A DNA stretch of 53,674 bases, taken from positions 1 to 53,674 of the IMG/VR virus record IMGVR_UViG_3300022723_000142, one strand, 5' to 3'. The notes under the pieces were generated by a model. That model ran no database searches, was not told the DNA's origin, and saw only the letters and a list, made by a program, of their open reading frames with translations. The stretch comes from a virus. Positions 17,368 to 25,129 of the stretch are shown one piece after another. The number at the start of each line of letters is the position of its first letter. The first letter of the stretch is position 1. Made by a program: the position numbers and the translations under genes.

Positions 17368-17554
17368 AAATAGTAGTCCTACTTCACGGTTTTGTGATCC
17401 TTTCAGCCTTATGTTAGCACTACTTCTAAAAATGTGTTACTACTAGCAGTAGTTAAGAACGGCATAGGCACTCGCTTGGTACCGATTGGAACGAATAAAG
17501 CTGTACCAAACCCGTGCCGCCCTAGTACCCACAACGTTTAGAGGCGTTTCAACC

Positions 17555-18061
17555 ATGCAAAGTCTGCACTCATTTTGTAAGCAACACGATCTACCGAAAA
17601 CCAGCGTTAAGCGGTTTCTGAATGATGAGGGATTCGATACCAGCAGCGGGTTAGGCCGTGACGCGATCGCCGCTGCCCTGGTGGAATTTAAGCCTGCTGG
17701 TAGTGCATCAAAGCCTGATGTGTTGCCGCCCCCTGGCTATGCTGATCCTTTCGCTGGTATTGGTGCCGGGGGTGCGATGGTGCCGACTGGCTACGCAGCA
17801 ACCGATCGGAGTTTAGCCGTGGCGATGTCAGAGCAACGGGTAAAGCAAATCTGCCAAAGTTCATCAATTAACCAACAGCAGACCGTGCAAGCCGCTATCG
17901 AGAGCGGTAATCAGTTGGGTACGCAGTTGGGTGCATTCCTGGGAGAGCGCACCATACAGGCTGCTGAAATGCAGCGCCAACAGATGATTGAGGAGTATTT
18001 GCAGGCGCAAGGGGTGAATGTTGCCCCAAAGCCCGCTGCCGACGATGGCAGCGCCGCCTGA
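17555..18061 (+). CDS. Hypothetical protein
   Basis: The ORF track starts at TTG 17486. ATG 17555 (MQSLHSFCKQHDLPKTSVKRFLND...) is the first ATG. Possible N-terminal HTH. Confidence 0.45.
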   Translation: MQSLHSFCKQHDLPKTSVKRFLNDEGFDTSSGLGRDAIAAALVEFKPAGSASKPDVLPPPGYADPFAGIGAGGAMVPTGYAATDRSLAVAMSEQRVKQICQSSSINQQQTVQAAIESGNQLGTQLGAFLGERTIQAAEMQRQQMIEEYLQAQGVNVAPKPAADDGSAA

Positions 18062-18132
18062 TGTTGGCGATCTCTGTTGCCCTGCTGATCATTTTGATTT
18101 GAACGAATGAAAACCTTTCCGGAGAACGACCG

Positions 18133-18393
18133 GTGACTATTGAACGCGAAAAGCAACTGCTTGAAGAAATTCTCGACTCTTACGGCCTTGAGCCAATCGT
18201 AAACGGCTTGATGGTGCGCTATTCCCTTGATGAGGTTCAGACTGCTTTATCAGGTACGCCGTGTCCCTGGGAAGTCGAAAGCGATCGCGACCTGTGCGAT
18301 TCAATTATCTCCGCCTGCCAGCAGCCAAATACGCCCGATACAGGATACATGCACCCAACGGAGGGTTGGGTATCAAGCAACTGGCCTAGCTAA
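18133..18393 (+). CDS. Hypothetical protein
   Basis: 86-aa ORF with a GTG start. Confidence 0.4.
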   Translation: MTIEREKQLLEEILDSYGLEPIVNGLMVRYSLDEVQTALSGTPCPWEVESDRDLCDSIISACQQPNTPDTGYMHPTEGWVSSNWPS

Positions 18394-18445
18394 TCCCCCT
18401 CAATCAGTTTCCACGCCTCTTGAGGGGGGCATCCACCGTTACCCA

Positions 18446-19165
18446 ATGGACACAGCCATTATGAACCGACTACACCTGTTACTTACTGCCGGGGCCGCGA
18501 TCTCCCTGGCCAGCTCATCCGCGATCGCCAATGAACCTCCCGTCATTGATGACCGCATTCAAATGATTTACGACAATATCGAAGCATACCAACAGCTTGC
18601 CCTCGATGAATATGGCGTACCTGCATGGCAAGCCTTACCGCCTGCCAGCCGCCCTGATCTGGCTTTCCGCCCTGCCTGCCGCCAGCTCACCTATGGACAG
18701 ATTGAGGGTGAGCACGTTTGGCACTGGGATGGTGAACTGATCTACCGCTCGCCTAAAATATTGGACGCTGCCGACGCGGGCCTTTGTAAACGGGGGGCAA
18801 CTCACGCCGTCGAAGTACCCAAAGTATTGACCGCCGATGTGTGGTCACAATTCGAGAGCGCGATCGCGGATACGGGGCGGGCCGTTGCCGTCATCCCTGA
18901 GAGGGAAGTGGTGGAAGTGGTGGACGAAACCCCAAAGCCACCACAAGAACCCGTCGCCACCACTGCCCAGCCATCGACAGAAAGCCGTCAATTATTTCCT
19001 TTTATTTGGGTTGGGTTGGGCGCTGTTGCCTTTGCTGTTTTTGGCTGTTCACTGCGCAAAGGCGATAACCGGAAACGCATTTCTAAGCCGGCAACAGCCA
19101 CCACAAAAACGCCACAAGATCCGCCGCAAGAACACACCGAAATTACATACGACTTCGAGTTATAG
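18446..19165 (+). CDS. Secreted/membrane-anchored protein (signal peptide plus C-terminal TM helix)
   Basis: MDTAIMNRLHLLLTAGAAISLASSSAIA|NEPP has an AXA-type signal peptide. C-terminal hydrophobic 'LFPFIWVGLGAVAFAVFGCSL'. The track ORF from 18227 overlaps the previous gene and is probably over-extended. Confidence 0.5.
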   Translation: MDTAIMNRLHLLLTAGAAISLASSSAIANEPPVIDDRIQMIYDNIEAYQQLALDEYGVPAWQALPPASRPDLAFRPACRQLTYGQIEGEHVWHWDGELIYRSPKILDAADAGLCKRGATHAVEVPKVLTADVWSQFESAIADTGRAVAVIPEREVVEVVDETPKPPQEPVATTAQPSTESRQLFPFIWVGLGAVAFAVFGCSLRKGDNRKRISKPATATTKTPQDPPQEHTEITYDFEL

Positions 19166-19268
19166 CGCTGTGAGTGAGTGTGAGCACTCACAGTGAGTGC
19201 TCACAGATGCGCTGTGAGTGCCTTGTGAGTCGGCAGTTATCGCCCTGTAACCCCTATTTGGTGAACCC

Positions 19269-19781
19269 ATGAGATTAGACTTTGACGACTTAACCAACAC
19301 GCAACAAACCGCCCCTAAAGAACTGCTTTCTGAAAAAATTATGGGGCAAGTAAAAATTGCTTTTTTCGGAGTAGTGACGCTGACCTGTTTTGGGCTGGGA
19401 TTGAGCCAAGCTTTCAGCCCAGCCGCTCGACAAATCCGCTCCGAGATTCAGCAGCAGGAACAGCAACAAACTCGAGAATTAACGCTGCAGCAGCAACAGC
19501 AGCGCCATGGCCAGCAAGCCCGGCAGATTGCCGAAGAGCGCTATCGCGAGGGGTGCTTACTGGTTTACACCCTCGATGCCGATGGGAATGTGATTTCCCT
19601 GTACGAAGGCATGGCGGTAGTGGACTCGACGACGAATCAGCCCTTAGCCGATGGCACTACGGTTTGTGACCCCAACGGTGCAACCGCAGTCCTTGAGAAC
19701 GGGGGCAAGGTTGGCGTGATTGCCGTGACGCCTGAAAGCGCCATGGTTCAGCAGTTAATTGCAGAGGGTAAACTCCGATGA
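19269..19781 (+). CDS. Single-pass membrane protein with Q-rich coiled coil
   Basis: TM 'VKIAFFGVVTLTCFGLGLSQAF' followed by 'QQQEQQQTRELTLQQQQQRHGQQ'. Confidence 0.55.
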   Translation: MRLDFDDLTNTQQTAPKELLSEKIMGQVKIAFFGVVTLTCFGLGLSQAFSPAARQIRSEIQQQEQQQTRELTLQQQQQRHGQQARQIAEERYREGCLLVYTLDADGNVISLYEGMAVVDSTTNQPLADGTTVCDPNGATAVLENGGKVGVIAVTPESAMVQQLIAEGKLR

Positions 19782-20470
19782 CGAAAGCTAAGTATGGCGA
19801 CGAGCAAACCTTGTATAACCCTGGCAACGGGGGCAAGTATCAAGCTCTATTCTGGTTTTTGCGGTTGGCGCTGCTGTTGGTTTTGTGTGGGGTAATTATC
19901 CGAAATATCGAACCCTATGCCCAATGGTCGCAGGCGTGGCTTGGTTCCAATATGACGGGCTGGTGGACGCTGATACCCGGTGCCACTTGGGTAGTGGACA
20001 AGGTTTATCGGTTCTTTGGTATCGTGCTTTGGGCATTATTTCAAACCTTGGAAACGATCCCGCTGTTCCTGCTGGGCACTCGTTTCGGGTTGGGGGTGCT
20101 GATTGCCAGCTATGAGCAGCAGGATCAGCAGCAACGCAAGATTGACACCTATCCCACCGATGACGCGGTGTTGACGTTCCTTAAAAAGAAATACAACGCG
20201 ATGGGCTTACGGGCTCTCGATTTCTTCCGCATGGCAGCGCCGTTTGCCTATGCAGTGGACCTAATTGTGTGTTGGCAAATCTTTCCGCCGCTAAAAGACG
20301 GATACACCTGGTCTCAAGTCGTCATGGGTTGGAATTGGGGCGGTATCGCGTGGAGCAACGTGGTGAGCCTGGTCGTTACCCTGCTCGCCTTTGAGATGGT
20401 CGTCCTGTGTTGGATGCGTACCTCTGAAATGATTTTCACGATTCGCCGGGGGATTAAATCAAATGCGTAG
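19778..20470 (+). CDS. Polytopic membrane protein
   Basis: 230 aa with several hydrophobic segments (e.g. 'ALFWFLRLALLLVLCGVII', 'FFGIVLWALFQTLETIPLFLLG', 'VVSLVVTLLAFEMVVLCW'). ATGA overlap with the upstream gene. Confidence 0.6.
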   Translation: MTKAKYGDEQTLYNPGNGGKYQALFWFLRLALLLVLCGVIIRNIEPYAQWSQAWLGSNMTGWWTLIPGATWVVDKVYRFFGIVLWALFQTLETIPLFLLGTRFGLGVLIASYEQQDQQQRKIDTYPTDDAVLTFLKKKYNAMGLRALDFFRMAAPFAYAVDLIVCWQIFPPLKDGYTWSQVVMGWNWGGIAWSNVVSLVVTLLAFEMVVLCWMRTSEMIFTIRRGIKSNA

Positions 20471-21953
20471 AGAAACTAAGCCAGAACTAAAGAAAGCCGC
20501 TATCGAAGCGGTACGGACGCAATCACACCTTGCCCTATCGGATCAGTACCTTGATACCTCTAAAACCTTGCCCCTATGGTTGGGAGCCGGGTTGGGGTCG
20601 CTGGTATTCATCGGGAATTTGGGCGCGATCGGGGTGGGTTTGTTGTTTGTGGGGGAGCGCTTATTCTCCTATCGTACCTACAGCCGCAAACGTGCCCAGC
20701 TCGCCACCACGCGCAGTGCTAGCGCCATTATTGAGCCGCTAAGGCGCAATCCCGTGGAGTACTCCTATGCGAAAGCCATCATGCAAGCCCGTGGGGATTT
20801 GGCGCTGCTGATACCGGATGACGATGAAGATGACGAAACTGATTCCCCTACGGTGGACGTGGCCAGCTCCACTGTTAGCGAGTCGGGCCTCTTGCGTGAC
20901 GTGCCGATGACGTGGGTACCTAAAGCGCGGGGGCAAGGTGAACACCTGGCAGTCATCGGCCTGTCGGGAGCATCTAAAACCACCACGCTGCTAAAGGCTT
21001 GTGAGGGCATCAATACGCCGATCATCTACGTCACCATTAAGGATGCAGACACCTCGCCGCCTAACTGGGAAGCTTACAAACTGAGCAAAACAGCCGGGGC
21101 ATACTACCTTGCCCAGCTATGCCACATCTGCGATCGCCTCGAGGATATGCTCACGGGGGGCATAGAGCATCACTTGATTGTGGATGAGGCATTGCAGCAG
21201 ATTGATCAAGCCAAGGACTCCGAGAAACTAGCAGAGGGCAAGCCTTACAAGGGCACTGCCAGCCGGTTTGAATCGCTCATAAAGTGCTATATCCGCTCGG
21301 GGCGGAGTGATGGGCAGCTTATTGGTTTGGTGAGTCAATCTCCCAATGGGACGGATTTGTTTGGCAGCGCTAAGACCATGCAAGGGTTAAAGCTCATTCT
21401 GTGCGCTGGTGAATATAGCTCAAATAAATTCCAATTCTTTACCGCATGGGCTAAGCAATTATTTGGCGGTCTGGTGAATGCCGATATTGAATCAGAGCTT
21501 AGCCAGGTTAAGGCTGGTTTCTGGCATCTGACAAATACGGGTGATGGGTTGGCATTGAACGAAACCATTCAATCCGACGTGGTGATGGTGGCTTGTGCTG
21601 AATGCCCAGCCGCGCATATAGGGGACGAGGTACCCGATAAACCTGTCGGGCCTTCCCCCATGAGGCAGAAAGCCCAGCGCTTTATCAATGAGAATGAGCA
21701 ACCCAGCAAAGCCGCTTGGGAGCAGGGGCAAGAACGGGGCGCGATCGCCTATGCCTACTGCGCAGTGCTGCAAGATGCCCTTGCGGAAGACGTGCCCTTA
21801 GCCGGGTTTGGCGGCAACTCTAAATTTGCGTGGCGGTTGCATAAGGCTGGGGTGATTGAGAACCGTAGCCGTGAGCAGTGGTGGCCACACCTCGAAGCGC
21901 TAATCGATAAAGGCTATCTCAATGCCGACTCAGATAAATTGTGGATTGATTAG
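20463..21953 (+). CDS. Membrane-anchored P-loop NTPase (FtsK/HerA/T4CP-like architecture)
   Basis: N-terminal hydrophobic 'LPLWLGAGLGSLVFIGNLGAIGVGLLFVG', Walker A-like 'VIGLSGASKTTT' and Walker B 'HHLIVDEA'. Overlaps the upstream gene by 8 nt. Confidence 0.55.
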   Translation: MRRETKPELKKAAIEAVRTQSHLALSDQYLDTSKTLPLWLGAGLGSLVFIGNLGAIGVGLLFVGERLFSYRTYSRKRAQLATTRSASAIIEPLRRNPVEYSYAKAIMQARGDLALLIPDDDEDDETDSPTVDVASSTVSESGLLRDVPMTWVPKARGQGEHLAVIGLSGASKTTTLLKACEGINTPIIYVTIKDADTSPPNWEAYKLSKTAGAYYLAQLCHICDRLEDMLTGGIEHHLIVDEALQQIDQAKDSEKLAEGKPYKGTASRFESLIKCYIRSGRSDGQLIGLVSQSPNGTDLFGSAKTMQGLKLILCAGEYSSNKFQFFTAWAKQLFGGLVNADIESELSQVKAGFWHLTNTGDGLALNETIQSDVVMVACAECPAAHIGDEVPDKPVGPSPMRQKAQRFINENEQPSKAAWEQGQERGAIAYAYCAVLQDALAEDVPLAGFGGNSKFAWRLHKAGVIENRSREQWWPHLEALIDKGYLNADSDKLWID

Positions 21954-21988
21954 CCGATACAATCGTGGCTGATCTGGATTGCTATGAG

Positions 21989-22017
21989 CTACCCCGCCTT
22001 TTGAGAAGGCGGGGTAG
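21989..22017. terminator. Bidirectional hairpin terminator between convergent genes
   Basis: CTACCCCGCCTT (21989-22000), loop TTGAGA, AAGGCGGGGTAG, located between the stops at 21953 (+) and 22023 (-). Confidence 0.65.
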
Positions 22018-22022
22018 TTCAT

Positions 22023-24524
22023 CTAAACCCAGCCATGACGACGATTAAGTAAGTCAGCATCATTTCGAGTGCGATGGTATTCGAGGCTGCACTTGCAATT
22101 CACAAAACATATCCGAGTTCCCGGCATTGACATTTGCCCCCTCAGTACAATCCCCTTGCCAGTTTCAGCGACACATTCTGAGCAGTGTTCGGCAACGCCC
22201 AACCTATTGCTGACATAGGGAAACTCAGCCACGGGATGGGCGGCATCCTGCGCCTGGTTATATAGCAGCTCGGCATCATGCACATAGAGTTTAGCCCGCG
22301 CCGAGATCGCCCCGACCGACATCACACCGCTCAATACTTCGGCACTGAACCGCCGCAGGTAGTCGTACTGCCTTAATAGTTCATCCTTTACGGTTTCTCG
22401 ATAGCGCGGCTCAATATTGCGTCGGTTGCCAAATCCGAACACGAAGAACAATGCTGCTGCCCCTGCAATGATTTCGGCTAGCCGTTCTTCCCATTGCGCC
22501 GCATCGATATCGCCCGACTCTAGCAGGGATGTTAGAGCGTCAATCTGCCCCTCATAACTATCGAGTTCAGCGGTGAGCAGTTCTAGAATCTCATCAGGCG
22601 TCACCCGGTCATCGCCATCGCGGTATTGGCCTGCATCTTCATCCCATTGCCACCCTTGTTCATCGGCCAGCGATCGCACCTCAGCCCAATCAATATCGCT
22701 CAACTCTTGAAAGTAGGCAACGCTGGGCAATCGAACGAAGTCCGGCTGAAAAAGGTCAGTATCAAACTTTTTTGCATGTTCCTCTCCCCCGTCCGCTCTT
22801 GTTGATTCAGCAGTTTTGTAATTCGCAAGCTCTTTTAATGTTAGCTCTCGCACTTCGCCCATAAACTCTTTGGGCATAGCTGAAAGATAAATGGCCTTAG
22901 CTTCATCAATTGATGAAGCACCAATAACCATCTTTTCTTCGTCGAATTTACCATTGATAACTTGGTCAATAGCAAATACTTTTTTGCTGGCCAGGTCAGT
23001 GCCCACATAAACATCAACAGCCATCCCGTCAGAGCCTTTTGTCTTTTGGAAATGCCCATAGCCAGCTTGCAAAACCTTGCCATGCCGCTTATCAAACGGA
23101 AAATACTGAAGTCCAACCCTAAAACCGTTCCAGTCAATGACCCTTTTTGTTGGGGTTGCTTCATCATTCCTATCGTTAGGCGCTGCTGTAGCCACTTCGA
23201 TTACATTCTCAATGTCTTGGCCAGTCGAGATCGCCATGCGCACCTCATCAGCGCTCACGGCCCCCGACTCAATCAGCAACTTAAATGTCTCGGCTTGCCC
23301 CTTCTTGTTTTCCTGCTTCTCCTGTGGCGTTTCGGTGTAGATACTGGGATATTCAATTTCCCAGTTACTGGGCACTGTGCCCAACGCCTCAAAGATGGCG
23401 TGGAATACGATGCGGTGGTTGCTCATAAAATCCTGAGCTTGCCAAGCCTGCACTTGTTCGGCATATGCCCGCGTTTCAGCGCCGCCGCTATCCGCCAACG
23501 CCGATTTACCCACAGTCCCCCAAATCTTATAGAAAGGTAACCCGGTGGCCGCCGTCAGCTCATCTACAATCGACTGAAAGTTCTCCTTGACGCCAGTGAA
23601 GGAGCGCTCTTGAAAGTCGCTGTTGCTGGTCTGGGCATCTTGCACCAACACCTTATGCAGACTCATCATCTGGGCGATCGAGTTCATCATATTGGTGAGT
23701 GCCGTTTCACCGCCTGGGCCAGCCAGAACATCTACCAGACCATCGATAGAAACCTTAATCAGCGAATAGGTTTGTAGCCCTTTTGAGATAGCATCCTTGG
23801 CCATATAGTGTCTATTGAAAATCTCAAATATTCCCTGAATGACGGAGTCGTGGCCTGCATCGCCTTCTAACTGTTGATCATAGGGGTGAATCTCAGCACC
23901 ATCAAACACCAGCACTCGGCTATGGTGGATGCGCTGGTTAAACCTGAAATCCTGGTTAGCATTGTCTCTGCCCTCCGTGCGGGCGATGCGGTAAAACTCC
24001 GGGTCGCTAGGATTGATAGTTGTGAAATCTGGTCGCAGCTGGTAACGATCCAGCACTGAAAAACCCTCAAAACTTCGCACCTTTCGCAGCGGCTTTTCTG
24101 GATTCTCAGAACCATTCACCCTCAGCACAATATATGCGCGTCCAAACAGGTCGGCATATTGCTTCGCCTTACGGAATGCGTCATGGCCTGACATTTGCCG
24201 ACTATAAGGGGATGCATTCTGAGAGCCCTGGTTATAGATGGCGATCGCTGCTGCTGCGTCCTGTTCGTCTCCCCCCTCATGGATGACCAACTCAACCCCT
24301 TTACGTGTCATGTCGTTAGCGGGGGCATCGATGATGCGGCGAATTAGCCACGAGCCACGGTATAGCGATCGCAACTCCACTTCAGACAGCAGCCGCACCT
24401 GCCCAACCTGAGTTGAGGTGAACGGGTCTCGGCCATGAACCCCCATACCCGTTGCCGTATTTCCTAGCAGCGAGTTACTGAGGGCGTTGGCTAGATTATC
24501 AAACCGCAGGTCAGTGTCAATCAT
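22023..24524 (-). CDS. Portal protein candidate with long C-terminal extension (possible head-morphogenesis fusion)
   Basis: First large gene downstream of terL on the same strand. The track ORF reaches 24623, but the first 33 codons run into the repeat module, so ATG 24524 (MIDTDLRFDNLANAL...) is the more plausible start. The C-terminus ends in a Cys cluster 'CSECVAETGKG...CFVNCKCSLEYH'. Confidence 0.55.
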   Translation of the reverse strand: MIDTDLRFDNLANALSNSLLGNTATGMGVHGRDPFTSTQVGQVRLLSEVELRSLYRGSWLIRRIIDAPANDMTRKGVELVIHEGGDEQDAAAAIAIYNQGSQNASPYSRQMSGHDAFRKAKQYADLFGRAYIVLRVNGSENPEKPLRKVRSFEGFSVLDRYQLRPDFTTINPSDPEFYRIARTEGRDNANQDFRFNQRIHHSRVLVFDGAEIHPYDQQLEGDAGHDSVIQGIFEIFNRHYMAKDAISKGLQTYSLIKVSIDGLVDVLAGPGGETALTNMMNSIAQMMSLHKVLVQDAQTSNSDFQERSFTGVKENFQSIVDELTAATGLPFYKIWGTVGKSALADSGGAETRAYAEQVQAWQAQDFMSNHRIVFHAIFEALGTVPSNWEIEYPSIYTETPQEKQENKKGQAETFKLLIESGAVSADEVRMAISTGQDIENVIEVATAAPNDRNDEATPTKRVIDWNGFRVGLQYFPFDKRHGKVLQAGYGHFQKTKGSDGMAVDVYVGTDLASKKVFAIDQVINGKFDEEKMVIGASSIDEAKAIYLSAMPKEFMGEVRELTLKELANYKTAESTRADGGEEHAKKFDTDLFQPDFVRLPSVAYFQELSDIDWAEVRSLADEQGWQWDEDAGQYRDGDDRVTPDEILELLTAELDSYEGQIDALTSLLESGDIDAAQWEERLAEIIAGAAALFFVFGFGNRRNIEPRYRETVKDELLRQYDYLRRFSAEVLSGVMSVGAISARAKLYVHDAELLYNQAQDAAHPVAEFPYVSNRLGVAEHCSECVAETGKGIVLRGQMSMPGTRICFVNCKCSLEYHRTRNDADLLNRRHGWV

Positions 24525-24611
24525 GGAAAGTAACAGGAAGGTTCCCTCTAGTTTACTAAATACAGAAACACTACCTATACAACAGGCAAACTTGATTAGA
24601 GACCCTGTTTT

Positions 24612-25041
24612 ATACGGTGGCACAAAACTTTAGGGGTGGCACACTTCAAAAATGGCAAGTGTGCCACCCCTAAGCCCTTGATATACAAGGATTCTTTAGG
24701 GGGGTGTCACACATGGCACACTTCATCTGGGTCGGAGCGTGCAGAGTAAATTTTCTATGACGTGTAATGCTGTGCCAGTTGCCATTCTCTCTTTTAGAGA
24801 ATTTTGTCTAGTAAATTAAATCAGAAAGAAGTGTGCCATGTGTGACACCCTAAGCAAAACTCTTGATATGTATAGCTTTGAGGGTGGCACACTTCGAAAA
24901 TAGCAAGTGTGCCACCCCCCTGAAGTGTGACACTAAAATGGTATATTTAGATACTTTTCTCAGCTTAGCTTCATAAAAGGGCGTTGTGACAATTTGGAGC
25001 TTAGGAGAAATGTATTATGGCACAATACATGTGCCAGTTGC
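24612..25041. repeat. Non-coding structured module B: inverted homologue of module A, located between terL and the portal gene
   Basis: Hairpins at 24633-24670 and 24882-24918. Perfect 23-bp inverted repeat 24702-24724/24828-24850 around a 103-bp AT-rich core. About 10 TGGCACA/TGTGCCA boxes. The reverse complement aligns with 4150-4565 at roughly 80-90% identity by eye. Confidence 0.9.
25009..25030 (+). promoter_or_regulatory. TGTATTATG..ATACA palindromic motif (copy 2)
   Basis: AATGTATT-ATGGCAC-AATACAT. Related to the copies at 53543 and 51683 and contains a TGnCACAAT extended -10-like string. Confidence 0.35.
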
Positions 25042-25053
25042 GTATGGCAGTAA

Positions 25054-25086
25054 CAAAAAGCACTTAGACATTTTCGGCTAAGTGCT
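25054..25086 (-). terminator. Rho-independent terminator downstream of terL
   Basis: AGCACTTAG (25059-25067) pairs with CTAAGTGCT (25078-25086). The A run at 25055-25059 gives a U tract on the - strand. Sits 44 nt after the terL stop. Confidence 0.7.
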
Positions 25087-25129
25087 TGGCTCTCATTTAG
25101 TTTGTTTGTTTGGTTTGTTCGGGCGATGT

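Noticed and set aside
18227-18445. N-terminal extension of the 18227..19165 ORF.
   Set aside because: It overlaps the 18133..18393 ORF in another frame. The ATG at 18446 yields a canonical signal peptide, so the shorter start is preferred.
24702-24850. Invertase-driven promoter switch: 103-bp core flanked by perfect 23-bp inverted repeats.
   Set aside because: No site-specific recombinase is encoded. In both modules the core has the same orientation relative to its own flanks, so there is no evidence of independent core inversion. Only the small hairpin loop shows a flip. It remains testable with reads.
4261-24918. CRISPR-like array formed by the four 38-bp palindromic repeats.
   Set aside because: There are only two copies per locus, about 210 bp apart. 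The intervening sequence is itself conserved between loci. There are no cas genes, and the spacing is not regular in the CRISPR size range.
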